This document shows, piece by piece, positions 12,031 to 25,467 of a stretch of DNA of 64,000 nt (position 1 is its first letter; every line of letters begins with the position of its first letter). Origin of the DNA: Octopus bimaculoides (Eukaryota); NCBI RefSeq assembly GCF_001194135.2, contig NC_068990.1:69078791-69142790 (forward strand). Direction: 5' to 3'. The notes below the pieces were generated by a model. That model made no database searches. It had not been told where the DNA came from and was given only the letters and a program-made list of their open reading frames with translations. A program made the position numbers and the translations under genes.

Positions 12031-13595
12031 ACAATACGAGAGGGAGGACAGAGAGAGAGAGATTAGTGAAAAAGAGAAAAGAGAGCAAGATAAGAGAACA
12101 GTGAGTGAGTGAGAAAGATTGAGTGAGAAAGGAGGGAGAAGAATTAGAGAGTGGGAGGGAAAAATATAGAGTGAGAACAAAGTAATATGAATTAGAGAGA
12201 GAGAGAGAGAGAGAGAGAGCGTGTATGTGTGCGGGTGTATGTAAAAGAGTGTTGCACACAGTGTCAATGAGAGCGTGTATGCAAGGGAGACACGCTGAGT
12301 AAAGAGAGAGTTTGTGTTTGTGTATGTGCGTTTCTCTGTGAATGAGAGAGAGAGAGAGAGAGAGAAAGAGATACACAATATAAGAAAGTGTGTGAGAGAG
12401 TATATTTATGTATGTGTTTCTATCTATGCAAGAAAGACAGAAATACTGTATAAGAGAGTGAGGTGTGAGATAGTAAAAAAAGAGAGAAAGAACGTTCACT
12501 CGTGTGAGAGAGAATGAGAGGGGAAGAGAGAGAGATACCAGAGAAAGAAGTAAATAAAAGCCTATAGGGACGAACGAAAATATTGGATGAAAATGAGAAT
12601 GAGAGAGACAGACAGACAGAGGAAGATTGAGAAAAAGAAGAAAGAAAGCGAAGAAAGAAAGGAAGAGAGAGAGAGAGAGAGAGTGGGGAGTAGAGTGAAC
12701 GAGCTGAAAAAGAAACGATATAAACAGACGATAAAGAGATTAAATGAGAGGGGGAACGGAAGAGAGGGAAGAATGATAAGCAATAAAACAACAAGTATGG
12801 CGGGGAGGGGCAAATAACGGAAACCAGGCGGTGGTAGAGATGTTTGGGGTGTTGTATATAGATTGTACACGTATTACTGCTAACATCTCGTTGAATGATG
12901 GCTTTCGTTGAGAGCATACCAGCGGAGTAGTACATCACGTGATCTAAGACGTCATGCTGTACTCAAAGGTTACCAAGGTTCGTTAGTTTCGGCATGTTGA
13001 GACTGATACAGGATTACATTTGACAATATTAAAATTTATAATGGTGTAACTTCAGTGAATTCGGGATTTTATATTTCGTTTCTTTGTTTTTCTGTTGCTT
13101 TTTGTTCGGTGTTTTTATTTTCTCTTTCTCTCTAATACTGGATAGTCGATTGTCAATTTGGTACCAAACGCTTATAGAGAACAGGCACTTAACTGGAACT
13201 ATTACATTAAAACTAGCTTCCCAAAGATTCGAAACCCATCTTGGTTCGACGGCTGCTGATCAAATAAGTGGTGATAGAATTTAGTTATCCTACTTGAAAG
13301 GAACTAATGAAGGAATCTACTCCAAGGTGATGTCACCTTCCTTCGTTATCGTCGTCATAATTTCTTTGTAAAAGCTCTCTCATATGCTTGTCCACGTATA
13401 AGGGAACATAAGGACATAAACACATATGCACGTATACCACATTCACAGACTCGTACACGTATGCATGCATTATATGTATGTGTGTGTATGTGTTTGTATG
13501 TATGAAGATATATACTATTATGACTATAGAAGTTGAAATATGACACAAACATTTTCGCTAATCAAAAGTTCACTTGTGTATGTGTGTGCATACAG

Positions 13596-13663
<68 letters not shown>

Positions 13664-14107
13664 NNNNNNNNNNNNNNNNNNNNNNNNNNNNNNNNNNNNN
13701 NNNNNNNNNNNNNNNNNNNNNNNNNNNNNNNNNNNNNNNNNNNNNNNNNNNNNNNNNNNNNNNNNNNNNNNNNNNNNNNNNNNNNNNNNNNNNNNNNNNN
13801 NNNNNNNNNNNNNNNNNNNNNNNNNNNNNNNNNNNNNNNNNNNNNNNNNNNNNNNNNNNNNNNNNNNNNNNNNNNNNNNNNNNNNNNNNNNNNNNNNNNN
13901 NNNNNNNNNNNNNNNNNNNNNNNNNNNNNNNNNNNNNNNNNNNNNNNNNNNNNNNNNNNNNNNNNNNNNNNNNNNNNNNNNNNNNNNNNNNNNNNNNNNN
14001 NNNNNNNNNNNNNNNNNNNNNNNNNNNNNNNNNNNNNNNNNNNNNNNNNNNNNNNNNNNNNNNNNNNNNNNNNNNNNNNNNNNNNNNNNNNNNNNNNNNN
14101 NNNNNNN

Positions 14108-14990
14108 GCACAGCCCTTAAAAAGTAATCGGGTAGGTTGAAAATTGGGCTATTACTGAAACCAGATCTTCGCCCTCGCAAAAACTGATACCTTCTCACCA
14201 AAGAAGACCTGCGTTGCTTTTGAACCATGGCATGGTGCAGAATCCTGGATAAGCACTACATTGTCAAACCCAAACTTCTGCTCCATCCAAGGTAACAGAG
14301 AGTTCTTCAGGATGTCCAGATACTCCTTTGCGTCGATCTTCAAGCCAGACTCAATGAAGTGTGAATCCATGACACTTCCATCACTTGCCACAGCTACAAA
14401 TACCATCACAGAGGCAGGATTCTTAGTCTCAAACACAGGAGGAACGTCAGAAGGGCTGTATGCAATCACTTGAATTTCTGCGATACACCTCAGCGTTCAC
14501 AATGAATTTTTGTCGTCCACTGAATGACAGCTTTGGGCATCTCTCGGCTCTGGTTGTTTTGGCCTTGGCCGTTAGGAGGTGATGGTGTCGTCGAACATAG
14601 CTATTCATACCAAGGCTCCTGTTCACAGCTCTGGACACCGTGGAAAGGGACACGTTGCGTTTCTTTACAAGAGTTCTCATGGATGTGGATGGGGTGGCTT
14701 CAATTGAGTGTTTGGGGTCAGCGAGAAACTTTGGATTGCGCTTGGAATCACTTCGAGTCTTGTGTTCATTTCTATCAATCTTCCCCTCTTCTTTAAATTG
14801 CTTATACACACGATAAACTGTTGCCTTTGGAAGTTTCGTCAACTTAGCAATTTTACTGCTAGTGTGTCCGGTGCGCGCCAAAACAACAATGGCGGAACGA
14901 TCCTCTTGTTCAATGACTTTCTGTTGTCGAATCAGTTCGCTATTTACTTGAAAAGTAAAGAGGAGGATTAGATTTTCAAGCAAGCAAGGT
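14108..14990 (-). mobile_element. Tc1/mariner superfamily transposase pseudogene, maT (DD37D, Bmmar1-like)
   Basis: N-terminal HTH (IAKLTKLPKATVYRVYKQFKEEGKIDR), then KFIVNAEVYRRNS, NPASVMVFVAV, IQDSAPCHGSK and W.SNSPIFNLPDY. There are 37 residues between the 2nd and 3rd Asp after correcting one frameshift. The C-terminus runs into an N gap. Confidence 0.85.
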
Positions 14991-15854
14991 TTTCTCAAAA
15001 AATGGAATATATATATACTTATGTATGTATGTATGTATGTATGTATGTAGTTTTCGTACCTCGAGAGTAGCATAATGTAACTATTCCTAAGACCATCAGA
15101 AGAACTACTCATGCGACTTAGCTGATCCAGTGCCCAAACTACCGCTAAGTGACCTCCCAGTAATCCTTGCATAATTTTAAGATATGGTGAATTGAAGAGG
15201 AGCTAGAGCTATCTGAAACCGCTTTACCGGGATACCATGCATCAGACGCCAGTCACTACATCCGTGTTGTTAAGTCTCAAATGCTACTAAACGTAAGTAA
15301 TTGTACTTTATTAGATCTATATTCAGTTATTTCATTAGTAACAAAGTAGTTTTCTATTAATGCTGAAATAGTTTACACTGCTTAAAAGCCAATTTTCGAT
15401 TAGCCTAGTGGTTTAAGCTTAGCCGCTTATTCCTAGCATAACATTCGTATTAGACTAAGCATTTAGCTTGTACTTCATATCTTCATATGAAGAGAATGAA
15501 TTGTATTTTGTTAAAATAATTCTGCATTTCATTATCACTTATTAATATCTTAGACTTGGTATCTTATCAACGACATCTATATTATTTTTTTAATTAAAGT
15601 TTTAATTTTAATTAAGTGCAACTAAAACAACAACACCTTTTGGTTGAATTAGCCTAACCTTACTGAATTTCTTAAATTACTAATTTTCATCTTTTTATTA
15701 ATAATTCGTTTAAATCATTAATAATTGATAAATGTCGATCAAACTGAGATAAAGTAGAAATGTTTTAATTAAAATATGTAGACAAAAATATAATATTTAA
15801 AATCAAAATAAGAAAATATGAAAATATAGTTTTTCTTTTCTTACTACACATCAA

Positions 15855-16090
15855 TAAAGGAAGCCGGTGTGTGATTACAATGTCACAGGAAAGAATCGTA
15901 ACACGGTTTATTGAGGCCGTGCCAACTGGCAGGAGACTTTGGGGGGAGACTAAGAACGAGACGGTTGAATAATATCCATAGTCTCAGTTGGTCACGCTTG
16001 GGAATCAGGGAATCAAGTCGGTAACTGTAATGACGGGTGCTACTTATAGGTCTCTATGACGGAGGGACATGAGGACCTTGCCCCCATGAA
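15855..16090 (+). mobile_element. RTE-clade (Rex3/Expander-like) LINE ORF C-terminal fragment
   Basis: ERIVTRFIEAVPTGRRLWGRLRTRRLNNIHSLSWSRLGI resembles the G.RPRGRPRTRW.D.I..L.W.RLGI end of RTE ORFs. Confidence 0.7.
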
Positions 16091-16947
16091 GATTCCAGGA
16101 ATATTGAACAGAGATCAATGAATAGATTGTTAACAAATTAACTAATCAATTGTTTGATTGATTGACTGAACAATTAATCAAACAATTTATTAGTTAATTG
16201 GTTAAATCATTAACTAGTTGACTAATAATAAAATTAAAATAAAACTAGTGAATATGTTTGTTATTGGCATTATGATCCTACCAAGTTACAACACAATCTG
16301 TTTCGACTCACAATTTTACATGAAGAATCTTGCAAACTAAATACAAAACAAAATAATTCCCTTCATTTGTATCATAAATTCTCTAGCGGAAGACACGAAT
16401 GTCACAAGCGGTTTAACTGCTCAAGTCTCCGATATCCAAGTGGCCAAAAAGTATCAGCAGAAGGGGATGCGGTCCAGCCCCCTTAGAGTGTAAGAATAAG
16501 AAATCAAAGGCTGAAACACTTGCCTGAGTGGGGTTTCTGGAGGAGGTGCCTGAAGACATTACGCCCAAGCATAATGACTTGATACCGTACAACAGAGCTG
16601 TTAATAAAGAAATAATTCTAGCAAAAACGCATTCTTTTGTACACACTCTAAAGAGGTATCTTTTGCCAAATAGCTAGATTTACGATGAAATATTACTTCA
16701 ATATTTTAACAATGATCATCAGGCTTCTTTACAAATATTCATGAAAATACTTCCTATTGATTTATATTTTATTTAATGATGAAATATTAAATTATTTTGC
16801 TATTTCATATCCATAAAAGGAGTCATGATTATTTCCATTCTATCCTAACACGCAGGAAGTGCTATAAATACTCATTTTCATTCTATTTGCGTTATGCTTT
16901 CTTACATGATCATAGATGTTTATATTTTATCTTTTACATTCTTCTGT

Positions 16948-17350
16948 CATTGGACTGCGACCGAGCTGGGGCACCGACTTGAACGATTTCAGTCGAACAA
17001 GTCCACCCCAGTACTTATTCTTCATTTATTTTTTAAAACTCTGACACTTAATCGAGTGGAATTTTTTTTTTTACCTAACCGCTAAGTTACGAGGAAGTAA
17101 ACAAACCAGCACCGTTGCCAAGCAGTTTTGGAGTAGAAATACACACAAAAAGACAGACAGACAGATACATACACACACGTGCGCATATGATGGGATTCCA
17201 TGTCCATGCAGTTTCCGTGTACCAAATTCATTCACAAGGCATTGGTCGGCTCAGAGTTGTAGTTGAAGACATCCATTATATCGCGCAATGGGACTGAACC
17301 CAAAACCACATGGCTGCAAAGCGAGCTTCTTAACCACACAGTTATGCCCT
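16948..17350 (-). mobile_element. tRNA-derived SINE family B with internal microsatellite
   Basis: Reverse complement of head GTGTGGTTAAGAAGCTCGCT, central GCCTTGTGAATGAATTTGGTACACGGAAACTG block and GGTGCCCCAGC..CGCAGTC tail. Confidence 0.85.
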
Positions 17351-20300
17351 CTTAGCCACACAGCCACTCCTTCCAAAGATTCTGTCAAGTCATTTTGTCA
17401 GCACAGGTCCGATGACTAAAAAGAAGGACGGAAGGAAGGCTTGGAGAGAAAAGGAACAAAGAGGCGATCAGGAGTTGTCGGACATAAGCTAACTTGACTT
17501 TCTGCACAATCAACAGAAAACAGATCCATTATAAAGGCCTGTCTCAGCAGGTCCACGTGGTACCAACATCTCTGGAGATTATGATCAAGACAGTGGGCTT
17601 GATACGAAGGATCAATACGAAGTGGCACTTAGTCCAAAAAAAAACAACACATAAACACAGTTAGAAACATGCGTCGAGATACCCCATAAAATTCACAAAA
17701 GCCAGTATTGAAGAGTAAACAAGCCTAAAATATATTTGGAGTTGGGATGATACGGACAATTTTCCGTCAGATATCACAACCGAAATTTACAGAGGATATA
17801 TGATTCACAAAATCACACTCTATCACAACAAAAAAGTTTCCTCGTGATTGGCCGAACAAAAAGTTTTATTCCCAATGTCAATACAACAAATGGCTAATAT
17901 AAGACACGACGATGACTTGTGTTCATTCCTGGAAAAACAGTTCTTTTAAACACGTGACGTGCCCTGGTGACCAGTTATCGTAAGGGAGAGAATCACTTTT
18001 AGATCAGTTCGGGTGGGATTGGAAGTTTGAAATTTAAATCGAAGAGTAAGGAAAAAGATGCACAGAATATATACATTTAATATATCTAATATTTTCCTTA
18101 CACATTAAAAAGACCTTAAAAGTTGTAATTGAAGGTAGCTATGTATATCACCATTTCATCCTTATTTGAAATCAGCAGCATGACATAACTCAAGTGAGCT
18201 ATCTGAAAAGGCCTGGGTTTAGAGAAATGGGAAGTGATTTTTGACACGTTTACCTGAATGCGTAAACAATATAGCACTCAAGAACTGTAATTTATCCTAG
18301 TGTGGATTGCAGGGATAAGAAATTGATGTTGGGTTTGAAGTGGCGTCTTACAAAGAAATCATGAGTGTAATTGATAAATTACGAAATGTATACAGTGAGG
18401 ATAATGGAGGTAGTAAATTGGGGGTGGGGAGAAGACTTGCTTCCTGAAGAATTTTGGCAACATTGGAGCTTCTTTAAGAATATAGAATACTTGGGCCATA
18501 ACGTTTCATTTCTAGCTGAACATGTTGCAAACATAAGACCTTTGCAAGAAAACGACGAACGATTTCAAGATTTCGATCTCTCAGAATCATTTCAAATTCA
18601 ATTGATCCCCAAAGTCATAAGTGAAGTATTACAAAAAAAAATACTAAAAGTTCACGGCTGGCAGACGCTTGTCCCTTTGTTCTCCAACAAATGATTCCAT
18701 TTTTGGTTCTAGTCTTGGAGCATAACGTCACTCTCAGTGACTTTGACTCTACGTCATACCATGCATCATATTAAACACTTTCACAGAGCACCACGCTCTC
18801 CGACTCTATTCTGCGTCGCTGACTATTATATTACTTTACTCGTGACTACTTTATATAACTGAAGCCAACGAGGAAGCATCTACAGAGTCACTCATTCTGC
18901 TAAAAGTAGCAAAGTAGCAGCCAAACTCCTACGGAACATACCACAACGCCTCAGAGAATAACCCTATTGGATAATATGGTCTAAGCAAGATTTAACAAAA
19001 TTAAATGTTCAAGAATGGAGTGTCTTTGGTCATATATCTGATGAATTCAGATTGAACTAGTGATAAATGAATAACAGTAACAACACATAAGTATGGTCTG
19101 CATCACATAATGCCATACAACATTACAGTCAATGATATCCTTACACCCAGAATATCTCAGTTCTCTGTTCCACAATGCAATAACCAGAAGAATGTTGTAT
19201 TGCGTTTCACTAGATTTTGGAGTTAACAACACATTCTATATCAGCCGATTCTATCTTATACGGCACTACACGAAATAAAGCTACTATCCAAGAACAGATA
19301 GACTTTTCTCTACATTATACGATACAATACCAGATACTATGCCACGCATGAACACATGGACTGATTGGCTCTACATTAAGTCACTCTGCACTATAAATTG
19401 CTTTCATTCAGACCTTCCGGCCATAGATGTTCAGTTATTCGATTAATTGGACAACTAGGCTTATAAGTGGCTGAATATTCCACAGACGCAGGAATTTTCA
19501 ACGTAATTCTCAGGCATTACAGAGTATGATCAGTATGGGCCCTTAAATTACGGCTACACTCTACCTGTTACTCGTAAAGAATACCTCCAACAGATGCTAT
19601 TTGAAAATTACACTTGCCCTATATTTCATGCAACGGAATCGAAACCGAGATTTCATGATTGCTAAGTGAATTTCTAATCCATTTGATTATAGAGTGCCTA
19701 CAAACGTTATACACCACATATCGACTTCCACCATCTTAGCTGACCTCATCTCACTATAACACACACACGCTAACTCTTATACACACATGCTCTCAAACAC
19801 ACACACCTACAAACTCCACATACATACACACGTTCATGCACACTCCACAACCAATTATGTTGTGATCCACTGTTTCTTACTTTCTACACGATAACTGATT
19901 AACTCAATTGGCAGAGATCTGCCAACCTCGGACTAATCATATCGCAGAGGTTTAATGGAAACTTTATATGAATAACAGAGAAGAAGACTTGAAGAAAATA
20001 CTTGTGTCAATTTAAAGACGACAATACTAAATGAATTTATTAGAAACGTTCTCTTAGAATTTCAGATTATTCTCCAAATCTCCTTCGACGGCGTTCTAAT
20101 ACAAATGGACGAATAAATATTATCTTGTAATTTTTAAAAGGAACGTTATTAACACACACCAACTGCTTAATTCTCCAGCAACTTAGAAATTTACAGCTAA
20201 TAATTGAAAATTAATATTAGTATGTATTCACACACATACATACAATATCAAACAATTAGGATGCACAGGACAGATATGTCCACGTAGAGATGTGTGTGGG

Positions 20301-20408
20301 TGTGGATGTGGGTGTGTATGCGCGTGTGTGCTTCTGATTCGATGTGTGGATGTGGTTGCCTTTGTGTTCGCACATATTTAAGTACGTTAAATTATATAAA
20401 TTGATTGC

Positions 20409-20466
<58 letters not shown>

Positions 20467-21774
20467 ATATATATACATATATACATGCCTATATATGCGA
20501 GTATATATATATATATATATACAAACATGTATATATATTTATGTATATGCATATGTATGCATATGCATATTTATGTATATATATATATATATATATACAT
20601 ATATGTATGTATATATATATATATATGTATATACATATATGTATATATATATACATATATGTATATATATATATATATACATATATATACATATATGTAT
20701 ATATATATACATATATGTATATATATATACATATATGCATATATATGTATATATATATATATATACATATATGCATATATTCATATGTATATGTACACGT
20801 TATATGTATACATACATTATCTATATTATATATACTATATGTTATATTATATGTATTGTATATACATCTATACATTATATATACACATATATACATTACA
20901 TATATATTGTATATATACATGCATACATATACACAAGCATGCACTGATATGTAGGTGTGTATATATGTTTCTATGCATGTTTGTATGCATATATGTATAC
21001 ATGTATACATTTAAGGAGTATGTATACGTATGTACATGCATTTTCCTACTTTCATACACTAATATAATAACAAACACACACGTTAGAAGGGGCGTGAGAA
21101 AATTTGAAATTAAATAGAGTTATGATGATGGTAACAGAAGCCACTAAGATGTAGGAAAATCGTCAAATACATTTTGTCTTTAAGTATAGCTAGTTTCAGT
21201 GAAGGAATATTGGCAAGTATGAGAAGAGCGGGTGAATGCAGAGTTGTGTGTGATCAGAAATGAAGACGTTTAATTTGGTGGAGGAAACGGTGTGGTTTGG
21301 TGAAGGAAGCGGTATGGTTTCAGAAAATTTATTAGAAGTAACATCATTGTCTCGGAAAGATTATAACAGAGTGGGGATTAGTCGTAGTGATTCCGTGTTT
21401 AAACACAGAGAATAATACGGGTGATTCCCTTCTGAACACGCTAGCCAGCATTAATGTACGTGTGTGTGTGTGTGTGTGTGTGTCTGTGTGTGTGTGTGTG
21501 TGTGTGTGTATACAGTGGTGGTACGTTGTTATGAAACTATAGTGAATTGAAGCGAGGTGAATATCCAGATGAGGGCGAAGCTTAGCGCATGTGACTTGGA
21601 AGACAGAAAAACCGCGTGAGACAGGGCTAAATACAGAGTGAGAGAGAGAGGAAGAAAGAAAGGAATACAGACAGACAGACAGACAAACAGAAAGATCTAG
21701 ATGAAGGTGAAGCTGAGCGCAAATGGCTGAGAAGAGAGAAAGACTAAAGGAGACAGGAGAAAGACGAAGAACGA

Positions 21775-21880
21775 GACACAGACAGAGAGATAGAGACACA
21801 GAGAGAGATAGAGACACAGAGAGAGATAGAGACACAGAGAGAGATAGAGACACAGAGAGAGATAGAGACACAGAGAGAGA
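21775..21880. repeat. 18-bp minisatellite, about 5 copies
   Basis: GAGATAGAGACACAGAGA in tandem. Confidence 0.9.
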
Positions 21881-22089
21881 AAGAGAGGGAGAGACAGACA
21901 GACAGAAGGATAGGAAGGCAAAGATACAGAGAGATAAAATGACAGACAAACAGATAGACAGAGAGACAAGCAAGCAACAAACATTGAAGATGGGGAGTAA
22001 AGACGTTATAATGGGGGTGATGTTATTGACACAAGCTGTTTAATAGCTTTAAAGATAGCAAACTTATAGCGAATAAATGGCGACGGAAC

Positions 22090-22166
<77 letters not shown>

Positions 22167-22570
22167 CGCAGGTATGTTGGGAGAGAGAATGTTCGCGAGT
22201 GTTAAAGAGATAAGGTCGCCACATTAAAAGATGGAGGATTTTGTAGTTAAGATTTTGAACGAATTTATTTTTCTAGAATAATCTGTCAATTAAAATGTCT
22301 GCGTAAAGTTTTTCAACTACTCAATCCAAAAGAAACAATGTTTTGGAGTTTATGAAACTGGAAATATTCTAACCTGTATGTCTGACTTTGCATAAACAGA
22401 TACATATGGCCTTGTGCATTGTTTTGTTATTGTTTAAAACCACTTATATATTCTTCATTTTCATAACTTGTAGCATTGTATGATACGAGTGAAACTTGGC
22501 AGGTATATATATATATCTTCCTATCCTTCTCTCAGTCTATCTCTCTCCCCCTCTCTCTCCTCCTCTCTCT

Positions 22571-22614
<44 letters not shown>

Positions 22615-22619
22615 CCTTC

Positions 22620-22786
22620 ATCTTTCTCCTGTCTCCTTCAGTCTTTCTTTCTTTCTTCTCTCCCACTCAGAAGAAGAGCTTTGCTCGAAACGTAAAACCA
22701 CCTTTCTTCCCTTCCTTGAGCGTCTGCTAATACTTTACATGTACCACGTCTTCACGTTGTTGTTTTTTGTGTTTGTTCTTCGGTTT
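22620..22786 (+). ncRNA. Hammerhead-bearing repeat, degenerate copy
   Basis: CAGAAGA (U4 mutated), A, GAGC-ttt-GCTC, GAAA-CGT, a 26-nt loop, then GCGTC at 22720-22724. Confidence 0.6.
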
Positions 22787-23285
22787 NNNNNNNNNNNNNN
22801 NNNNNNNNNNNNNNNNNNNNNNNNNNNNNNNNNNNNNNNNNNNNNNNNNNNNNNNNNNNNNNNNNNNNNNNNNNNNNNNNNNNNNNNNNNNNNNNNNNNN
22901 NNNNNNNNNNNNNNNNNNNNNNNNNNNNNNNNNNNNNNNNNNNNNNNNNNNNNNNNNNNNNNNNNNNNNNNNNNNNNNNNNNNNNNNNNNNNNNNNNNNN
23001 NNNNNNNNNNNNNNNNNNNNNNNNNNNNNNNNNTGTGTGTGTGTGTGTGTGTGTGTGTGGTGTACAGATATTGAATATTGTGAAAAAAGGTCGCCAGAGT
23101 TTTGGAAAAAAATCTTTTTATTTATTCATTATTATTAACGCTTTCGTTCGTTTCTCGAACTTCTCAAATAGAATTTTGTGAATATACAAACAGCTTCTTC
23201 ATTTATATAAAACATGTTTTTTGGTGGGTTTTGTTTAAAACAGAACATTGTTTTTGTTTTTGGATGTAACGTTCCATAACAATGG

Positions 23286-23347
<62 letters not shown>

Positions 23348-23348
<1 letters not shown>

Positions 23349-23550
23349 CTTAAGCATAGTACTTATTCTATCGTGCTATTTTGCCGAACCGCTAAGTTAT
23401 GGAGAACGAAACAAACCAGCATCGGTCAAGCGATTGGAGGGGTTCGACCAGAGCCTACAGTAGAAGGCACTTTCCTAAGTTTCCATGCAGTGGGACTGAA
23501 CTCGGAACCATGTGGTAGCGGAGGAAGTTTTTTATAACATAACCACGTGT
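23348..23550 (-). mobile_element. SINE family B, internally deleted
   Basis: Reverse-complement head (CAGTGGGACTGAACTCGGAACCATGTGG) and GCCGAACCGCTAAGTTA segment. Confidence 0.75.
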
Positions 23551-23930
23551 GAACCTATACATACAAATGTATGTGTGGAGAAATGGCTAAAATGTGCCCT
23601 GTTTATAACTATATCATGTGTTACATATATATTATATCCTACCTTGCTACTATGTGGACTAAGATCCCCGTTGACAGGGGCCGGTACTTGTAGAGTATTA
23701 AACACTTTTGGTATGCAAATTAAGGACTCCTTCATAGAGTAAGTAATGTATTTATTGAGTATATAGACAGTTTGGCTGCTTGTTTCTCTGGAGTCTGTCA
23801 GAATGATGTAGGCTTCACTGATGAGAAACCAATAAGGTTCAAAAGTACATTAATGCTGTTCATCACTCTTTTTTTCTTCAGTCTGCTGAGAAATGGCTAG
23901 AATTTGCTCTGCTTATAATTAACCCATATG

Positions 23931-23985
<55 letters not shown>

Positions 23986-24690
23986 GAGTGTGTGTGTGTC
24001 TGTGAGTGTGTGCCTATATGTATGTAAATCTATGTTCATCGACGTATATATATAGACACTTAGGCACGCACACACACAAACACGCACATACATATCGGTA
24101 TGTAGACGTATATACGCACGCATATATGTTTATGTGTGAGCGTGTCTGTGTGTGTGATTACTTAATTCATGATGCATCGAAAAGTGAATCAATTCTGAAT
24201 TTAGGTTATATATTTACTTAGTTATTTAATTTTTGTATATTCATTTAATTATGAATTCATAAACATTGATATAATATACCCGATGTTGAACGTGCTGTAC
24301 CCTGAAAATACATCATCTTGCAGTTAAGTTTTGAGTTTAAATATAAAGAATATCGATTTCATAGAGATTCATACAACTTACCCCGTTTTGCACCTACTAT
24401 AACGTAAATGCCGTCTTCCTGCTAGGCTTTGGGTTAAAATTGAATTAAAGAATATCAATTTCATAAACAATAAGCTAAAGTATTAATCATCCGCTTTAAA
24501 TTCCAATCTATTTAGTCGATAATTTTACTGGAAATAGTTTTCTGTTTTATATTTTCTACACATCTATGGTTGGTGTAATATTATGAAAGTTAAGTTTTAA
24601 AGACAGTATGGATCTTAAAATATCTTAAATATTGTCTTATTAAGCAGCATGCGTATGCGCGACGCGTGTCTCAATTTTAATTACATATGA

Positions 24691-24725
<35 letters not shown>

Positions 24726-25062
24726 NNNNNNNNNNNNNNNNNNNNNNNNNNNNNNNNNNNNNNNNNNNNNNNNNNNNNNNNNNNNNNNNNNNNNNNNNNN
24801 NNNNNNNNNNNNNNNNNNNNNNNNNNNNNNNNNNNNNNNNNNNNNNNNNNNNNNNNNNNNNNNNNNNNNNNNNNNNNNNNNNNNNNNNNNNNNNNNNNNN
24901 NNNNNNNNNNNNNNNNNNNNNNNNNNNNNNNNNNNNNNNNNNNNNNNNNNNNNNNNNNNNNNNNNNNNNNNNNNNNNNNNNNNNNNNNNNNNNNNNNNNN
25001 NNNNNNNNNNNNNNNNNNNNNNNNNNNNNNNNNNNNNNNNNNNNTATATATATATATTTATA

Positions 25063-25467
25063 TTTGCCTTTCATCCTTCTGAGATGGATAAAAAAAGTAC
25101 CACTTGAGCACTGGTGTCGATGTAATCGATTTCTCCATCCCCTCAAATGTACTGACCTAATGCCAAAATGAGAAAGAATTTTGTATCGATATCACAAGAT
25201 TTTTTCGTATTGATTATATAATAATATTCTTTAATATTTGTTTAACTGAAGGCGGCGTGCTGGCAGAAACGTTAGCACGTCGGGCAAAATGCTTAACGAT
25301 ATTTCGTCTGCCGTTACGTTCTGAGTTCAAATTCCGCCGAGGTCGACTTTGCCTTTCATCCTTTCGGGTCGATAAATTAAGCATTAGTTGTGTACTGGGG
25401 TCGGTCTAATCGACTGGCCACCTCCCCAAAAATTTCGGGCCTTGTTCCTAGAGTAGAAAAGAATATT
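25063..25467 (+). mobile_element. SINE family A: partial copy (25063-25185) plus full copy (25249-25467)
   Basis: Family A core occurs twice. Confidence 0.85.

Noticed and set aside
10238-12499. 753-aa and other very long ORFs (also 13524-14228, 46060-46937, 62811-63480)
   Set aside because: They read through N gaps and microsatellites, so they are not real coding sequence.
15181-15300. Possible exon ending at AAC/GTAAGT
   Set aside because: All three frames from the upstream acceptor contain stops, and no product is recognisable.
16387-16670. Protein-like frames (AEDTNVTSGLTAQVSDIQ..., GFLEEVPEDITPKHNDLIP...)
   Set aside because: Short, separated by stops, and no recognisable domain, so it cannot be supported as CDS.
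17416-17628. 70-aa minus ORF in a GC-richer patch
   Set aside because: No motif or consistent splice signals, and its length is within chance expectation.
20344-21117. 257-aa I/Y/C-rich ORF and similar poly-CV, poly-IY, poly-HT frames across the window
   Set aside because: Translations of (AT)n and (CA)n repeats, which lack stops in some frames.
23818-23860. CTGATGAG-AAACC..GGTTC-AAAA hammerhead-like motif
   Set aside because: GAAA is mutated and no stem I or stem III complementarity could be found.
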